This document shows, one piece after another, positions 61,501-64,000 of a stretch of 64,000 bases of DNA; position 1 is the first letter of the stretch; every line of letters begins with the position of its first letter. Both the position numbers and the translations under genes were made by a program. The stretch is from Ascidiella aspersa (lineage: Eukaryota): assembly GCA_963924565.1 (NCBI GenBank), contig OZ004615.1, forward strand, positions 5,456,001-5,520,000. Direction: 5' to 3'. Below the pieces are notes generated by a model, which saw nothing but the letters and a program-made list of their open reading frames with translations, made no database searches and was not told the origin of the DNA.

Positions 61501-62961
61501 TGCATAATGGACAAGGTAACATCAAAGACCAAAACTCTTGTCTAGAAATTCAGTTTACAAGCTTTTTGTATAGCCACAAACTTTGTCCACGACCACGCTA
61601 AGTGTCTAGTTCAGTGGTTCTCAAACTTTTTCTAAAAAATTACGCAAACGCCCCCTAGCATTTTTTCAATTGCTCGCGCTCCCCTTAAAAATACACACAA
61701 ATAAACATAAAATAACACGTTTGGATGGGACGGGTGCACTTACAGTCTTAGGTAGGCTTGTTGATGACGTATTTAGTATTGTAACGCTAACAAAATCTTT
61801 ATTTGAAGCAATAAAGATAAGTTTTAAAACCGTGACCGTACAACCCACAATGGCAGCACAGCAAGCTGTAGAAACGTAATTCTTATTAGCATAACGCATC
61901 ATTATGTCGCCACAATGCACAATTCAGCTGAAAGCATGCAATCGCGTGCATGAACAACTAATCGTAGCTTTTGATGACGAGCGCAAACACGTTGAAAATA
62001 AAACCGCGGACCCCAGTTTGAGAACCACTGGTCTAGTGGCTATGGTGTGGAATATTATGTTTTGAAATGATCACATTAGGAAAACGATAGTGCTCAACAA
62101 AGAGTACTATCGAGAAATTAATCACTGAAATTTGATGTCGACTGAAGTCGTTATCTGTTAACAGTGAATAAACACAGTGGTAGTTACAACACCTTCAAAT
62201 AGAATCTAATAAGCCAAGGTTGCCAACACTAATAACCAACACAAAGTAAATATAAAAATTTAACTTACACCACACCAAAAGTAGCTGTTAACAGAAATAA
62301 AGTCGTTTGAAATAAAGGCCACGAAGGAGACACGTTTCTGCTCGAGGCAAAGCGCGCCACTGGGAGCAGTGTTTATTAAAATAAACAATAAAACCCAAAG
62401 TTTAAAAACCATAGTAAAATCAGGATCAGACATTAAAAAAAAGGAATATATATTTCGCTTATACGGGCTTCGTCAGTTCCTCTAAGTAAAGTAAAATACA
62501 TAATATACAAAGCAAAATAATAATAAAATTTTATATAACGCGTCAGCGGAACAGTGATCGACAAGCAGAAACCTGCTTCCAATGGTTTTGGATTCCATAA
62601 AGATACACCCTTCTATATTTATTAAAATAAAACACTGAAAGGTTACCAGTCACAAAATCACGTTTAAGCAGTGTGGCAGGTATACTGCATCGTTACCTTT
62701 TGGTCTAAGCTTCAAGTGTTACCAGTGCGCAAATCGGTGAAGTAAATTTAGCAATAAAGGAAAAAATAACTTCCCCATCTGTATTCTATCTTTGTAAAAA
62801 ATGCCAACCCACACCCTAGGTGCTGAACACGTTGCCGCCCGGCCTCGGCTACACTTCGTGGATCGGATTATCGGCCAAGATCACCGAAACTGGGTCGCTG
62901 TACTACGGCTGGGAGACCGGCGAACCAGTGACGTACACCCACTGGGATAGGCAAGAACCAG
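28523..62961 (+). CDS. Large secreted or membrane mosaic lectin, macrophage-mannose-receptor-like (signal peptide, CTLD x5, FA58C, FA58C with inserted kringle, LCCL, CTLD x2 or more); 3'-incomplete
   Basis: 36 phase-compatible GT-AG exons: 28523-28577 (signal [18 protein letters not shown]), 30242-30396, 31162-31286, 31895-32043, 32746-32848, 33841-33949, 35015-35094, 35897-36009, 36333-36474, 37067-37239, 38144-38278, 38539-38697, 39329-39541, 40299-40337, 40514-40581, 41074-41179, 41991-42128, 42843-43026, 43728-43855, 44544-44665, 46059-46181, 47046-47187, 47743-47856, 48778-48895, 49618-49754, 50248-50327, 50739-50855, 52422-52584, 53402-53514, 55189-55322, 55819-55859, 56527-56706, 58153-58271, 59260-59422, 60930-61057, 62820-62961. 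CTLD hallmarks seen: CPxGW, WIGL, WSDG, EPN, WND. Confidence 0.9.
29389..30002. mobile_element. Composite hAT-type MITE (CAGGGATGG ends) with an internal nested MITE at about 29664-29859
   Basis: TSD ACCTAAGG / AACTAAGG. A reverse-oriented homolog containing the same nested element lies at about 63515-64000. Confidence 0.75.
30242..43026 (+). CDS. Exon block encoding C-type lectin domains 1-5 of the mosaic lectin
   Basis: CTLD1 (CPSGW...WIGLTD...EPNN...WNDNAC) and CTLD5 (WLGGND...EPNN...WNDADC) carry EPN+WND. CTLD2-4 lack the full motif. Confidence 0.9.
37231..37428. repeat. Exact 98-bp tandem duplication spanning a splice donor
   Basis: 37231-37328 is identical to 37329-37426. Confidence 0.92.
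37450..37668. mobile_element. MITE with TGGGCGCTG ends and internal GGTTAG/CTAACC-like repeats
   Basis: TGGGCGCTGATCTA / TAGACCAGCGCCCA inverted ends; same family as about 20188-20748. Confidence 0.6.
41527..41752. mobile_element. Two divergently oriented copies of the tRNA-derived repeat
   Basis: Minus copy about 41537-41628 and plus copy 41681-41743 with A/B-box-like sequence. Family sequence also at about 41400-41505. Confidence 0.7.
43728..52584 (+). CDS. Exon block encoding two FA58C/discoidin domains
   Basis: Domain 1: [10 protein letters not shown]...GGWRP...PWLQVDL...GIITQGR...[10 protein letters not shown]...IFNGNADQ...[11 protein letters not shown]...MRLEYVGC. Domain 2: [17 protein letters not shown]...GWSP...QWIQVSF...[12 protein letters not shown]...[11 protein letters not shown]...MQFELNGC. 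Confidence 0.88.
44883..45450. repeat. Long inverted repeat with arms of about 215 bp
   Basis: 44883-45100 is the near-exact reverse complement of 45235-45450. Confidence 0.9.
45072..45261. mobile_element. Tc1/mariner-like MITE at the centre of a large foldback
   Basis: TA-CAGGGTGCGCCAGAAA.ACCTACCACAT / ATGTGGTAGGGTTTCTGGCGCACCCTG. Confidence 0.65.
45618..45935. mobile_element. hAT-type MITE, CAGGGGTTCTTAA family
   Basis: TIRs and 8-bp TSD GTCTAACT. Confidence 0.88.
47939..48490 (-). mobile_element. Tandem dimer of the tRNA-derived element
   Basis: tRNA-like parts at about 48007-48070 and 48341-48408 (minus strand); period about 340 bp. Confidence 0.65.
48778..49754 (+). CDS. Two exons encoding a kringle domain
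   Basis: [39 protein letters not shown]|[44 protein letters not shown]: six-Cys kringle pattern with YRG, CRNP and PWCY. Confidence 0.92.
53015..53183 (+). mobile_element. Family A foldback element, copy 2, with hammerhead at 53092-53129
   Basis: Near-identical to 4939-5131 but with a different inversion breakpoint; flanked by AGATTTTCTTTG / AGACTTTCTTTG. Confidence 0.75.
53402..55859 (+). CDS. Exons encoding an LCCL domain
   Basis: CPSGC...[21 protein letters not shown]...GGPVTV...[13 protein letters not shown] matches the LCCL consensus (VYGT, SSxCxAAxHAG, YxGSxxxGIxS). Confidence 0.85.
53593..53929. mobile_element. hAT-type MITE, CAGGGGTTCTTAA family
   Basis: Perfect TIRs and 8-bp TSD GTGTAGAG; reverse orientation relative to the copy at 20371. 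Confidence 0.88.
54802..55109. mobile_element. hAT-type MITE
   Basis: TIR CAGGGCTACTCAACT / AGTTGAGTAGCCCTG; no clean TSD. Confidence 0.7.
55457..55504 (-). ncRNA. Minimal hammerhead ribozyme motif
   Basis: Minus strand reads aacc-CTGATGA-a-GTCAGC-tggtatct-GCTGCC-GAAA-CGTC-agtt. Confidence 0.65.
57000..57248. mobile_element. PIF/Harbinger-like MITE nested in a hAT-type remnant
   Basis: GGACGCGTTTACTCTACAGCTG / CAGCTGTACTGTAAACGGGCC flanked by TAA/TTA. The surrounding sequence ends in CCGGCTCCGCAGCCCTG at 57330. Confidence 0.55.
58337..58810. mobile_element. hAT-type MITE
   Basis: TIR CAGGGGTGTCCAAC / GTTGGACACCCCTG; perfect TSD ACATAAAG. Confidence 0.88.
61612..62030. mobile_element. hAT-type MITE
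   Basis: TIR CAGTGGTTCTCAAAC / GTTTGAGAACCACTG; TSD GTCTAGTT / GTCTAGTG. Confidence 0.85.
62381..62620 (-). mobile_element. Family C element, copy 2, with hammerhead at 62442-62481 (minus strand)
   Basis: Minus strand reads AGGAA-CTGACGA-a-GCC-cgtata-AGC-GAAA-TATATA-TTCCT (5-bp stem I); 14-bp flanking direct repeat TTTATTAAAATAAA (62372-62385 / 62618-62631). Confidence 0.72.
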
Positions 62962-63409
62962 GTTTGTTGGACGTTGAAGGCCCTATTGAAACCGCAGCTA
63001 GATTTTATTTATTTATGATGTTTGTTAAGAAAAGAAAGAACTTGCATGGACAGAAACATAAGCAAAAAACTTTCCACCATTTATAGTGCTGAGATTAAAG
63101 TTTTTTTTATCTCCATCCCCTTGACCAAAGCTTGTGGAGTCGGCTAAAACAATCAGAGTTTGACTCCGATTAATAAAACACTAATACTAGCAGTATTCCG
63201 ATACTCTTGACAAAGTTATTTTCAAGTTTTGCTTGAAAAAAATCCACAAATCTGCTGATATTTAGTAGTGGTAGCAGAAGTATGCTACGAAAGATTTCAA
63301 TTTTATCCCGTTTAAAGTTTATCCTTTTCGACCTATTCAACTCGCCTTTTTTAAGGGTAAATGATATAAACGCTCGTTGCACAGTACATGCAGCGTTCGA
63401 CGTCAATCA

Positions 63410-63452
63410 CTCTGAAGAAGGCGATTTGAGTGTATGTCTTTGAAACGTTGGA
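63410..63452 (+). ncRNA. Degenerate hammerhead motif
   Basis: ct-CTGAAGA-AGGC...GTCT-tt-GAAA-CGTT-gg; stem II is imperfect. Confidence 0.45.
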
Positions 63453-63514
63453 GATCTAATATAACGGCCAGAGAAGCTTTTTGAAAAAGTATACAATTTG
63501 TCTTGAAACTATAT

Positions 63515-64000
63515 CAGGGATGGCGAACTACTGACCCCGGGTCACAAAGTGACCCACTACCGATTTTGAATGACCCACTTGTCTCTCTAGAACTGCCGAA
63601 ATGTGGTCAATTATTTTAAGGAAAAAATAACTCCCAAAAAATAAACAATCCATCCTTAGATAGCACTGTACTGTTTAAATCAGGGCTACCCAATCTGTGG
63701 GTCGTGCAAAAATGTTTAAGGGTGACGAGTAGGCTTACATTAACTGCACTTCAGCAAATGCGTGCATAAAAGCAAACAACTAAAAGCATTTTGTTTACCG
63801 CTGTAAAACGTAAAGGGTGGCGATCCTTTAAAGGAAAGTAAGAGCTCGCAGACTAAAAATTCTGAAAACCCTGGTTGAACCATGCTGAAAAGCCTTATGC
63901 TGAACTCCTGTTATCCCCCCATTCGTGGGAGTCTGAATTTGAAAATCGTTCAAAAAGCTTGAATTACCAACAACGACGCAGCAGCAAAGTTTCGCATAAA
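63515..64000. mobile_element. Second copy of the composite CAGGGATGG MITE, running off the window end
   Basis: Reverse-complement similarity to about 29530-30002. Confidence 0.7.

Noticed and set aside
28523-62961. Gene symbol MRC1
   Set aside because: Lacks ricin-B and FN2 domains and has extra FA58C, kringle and LCCL domains; orthology unsupported.

Overview
Eukaryotic (animal) genomic DNA with AT-rich introns, GC-richer exons and GT-AG splicing; an invertebrate chordate such as an ascidian is my guess, not established. The ORF track is mostly uninformative because the genes are spliced. Three + strand genes were reconstructed by hand: (1) the 3' part of WDR46/UTP7 (4 exons, 518-15598, with a 12.5-kb intron); (2) a complete 8-exon deoxyhypusine synthase gene DHPS (16651-25937, about 370 aa); (3) a 3'-incomplete gene of at least 36 exons (28523 to beyond 62961) encoding a mannose-receptor-like mosaic lectin: signal peptide, 5 C-type lectin domains (CTLD), FA58C, a second FA58C with a kringle inserted inside it, LCCL, then at least 2 more CTLDs. 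Introns are full of small non-autonomous elements: several hAT-type MITE families with 8-bp TSDs (some nested), Tc1/mariner- and Harbinger-like MITEs, tRNA-derived repeats and minisatellites. The most striking non-coding signal is a set of about eight minimal type-I hammerhead ribozyme motifs (CUGANGA-stem II-GAAA-palindromic stem III). They belong to several unrelated short families, and some sit inside foldback elements with 12-14 bp TSDs, the signature of Penelope-like or retrozyme-type non-autonomous retroelements. Other notable points are the kringle-in-discoidin insertion, duplicated splice sites (including a possible 21-nt DHPS microexon) and CpG-rich enhancer-like blocks in the giant WDR46 intron.
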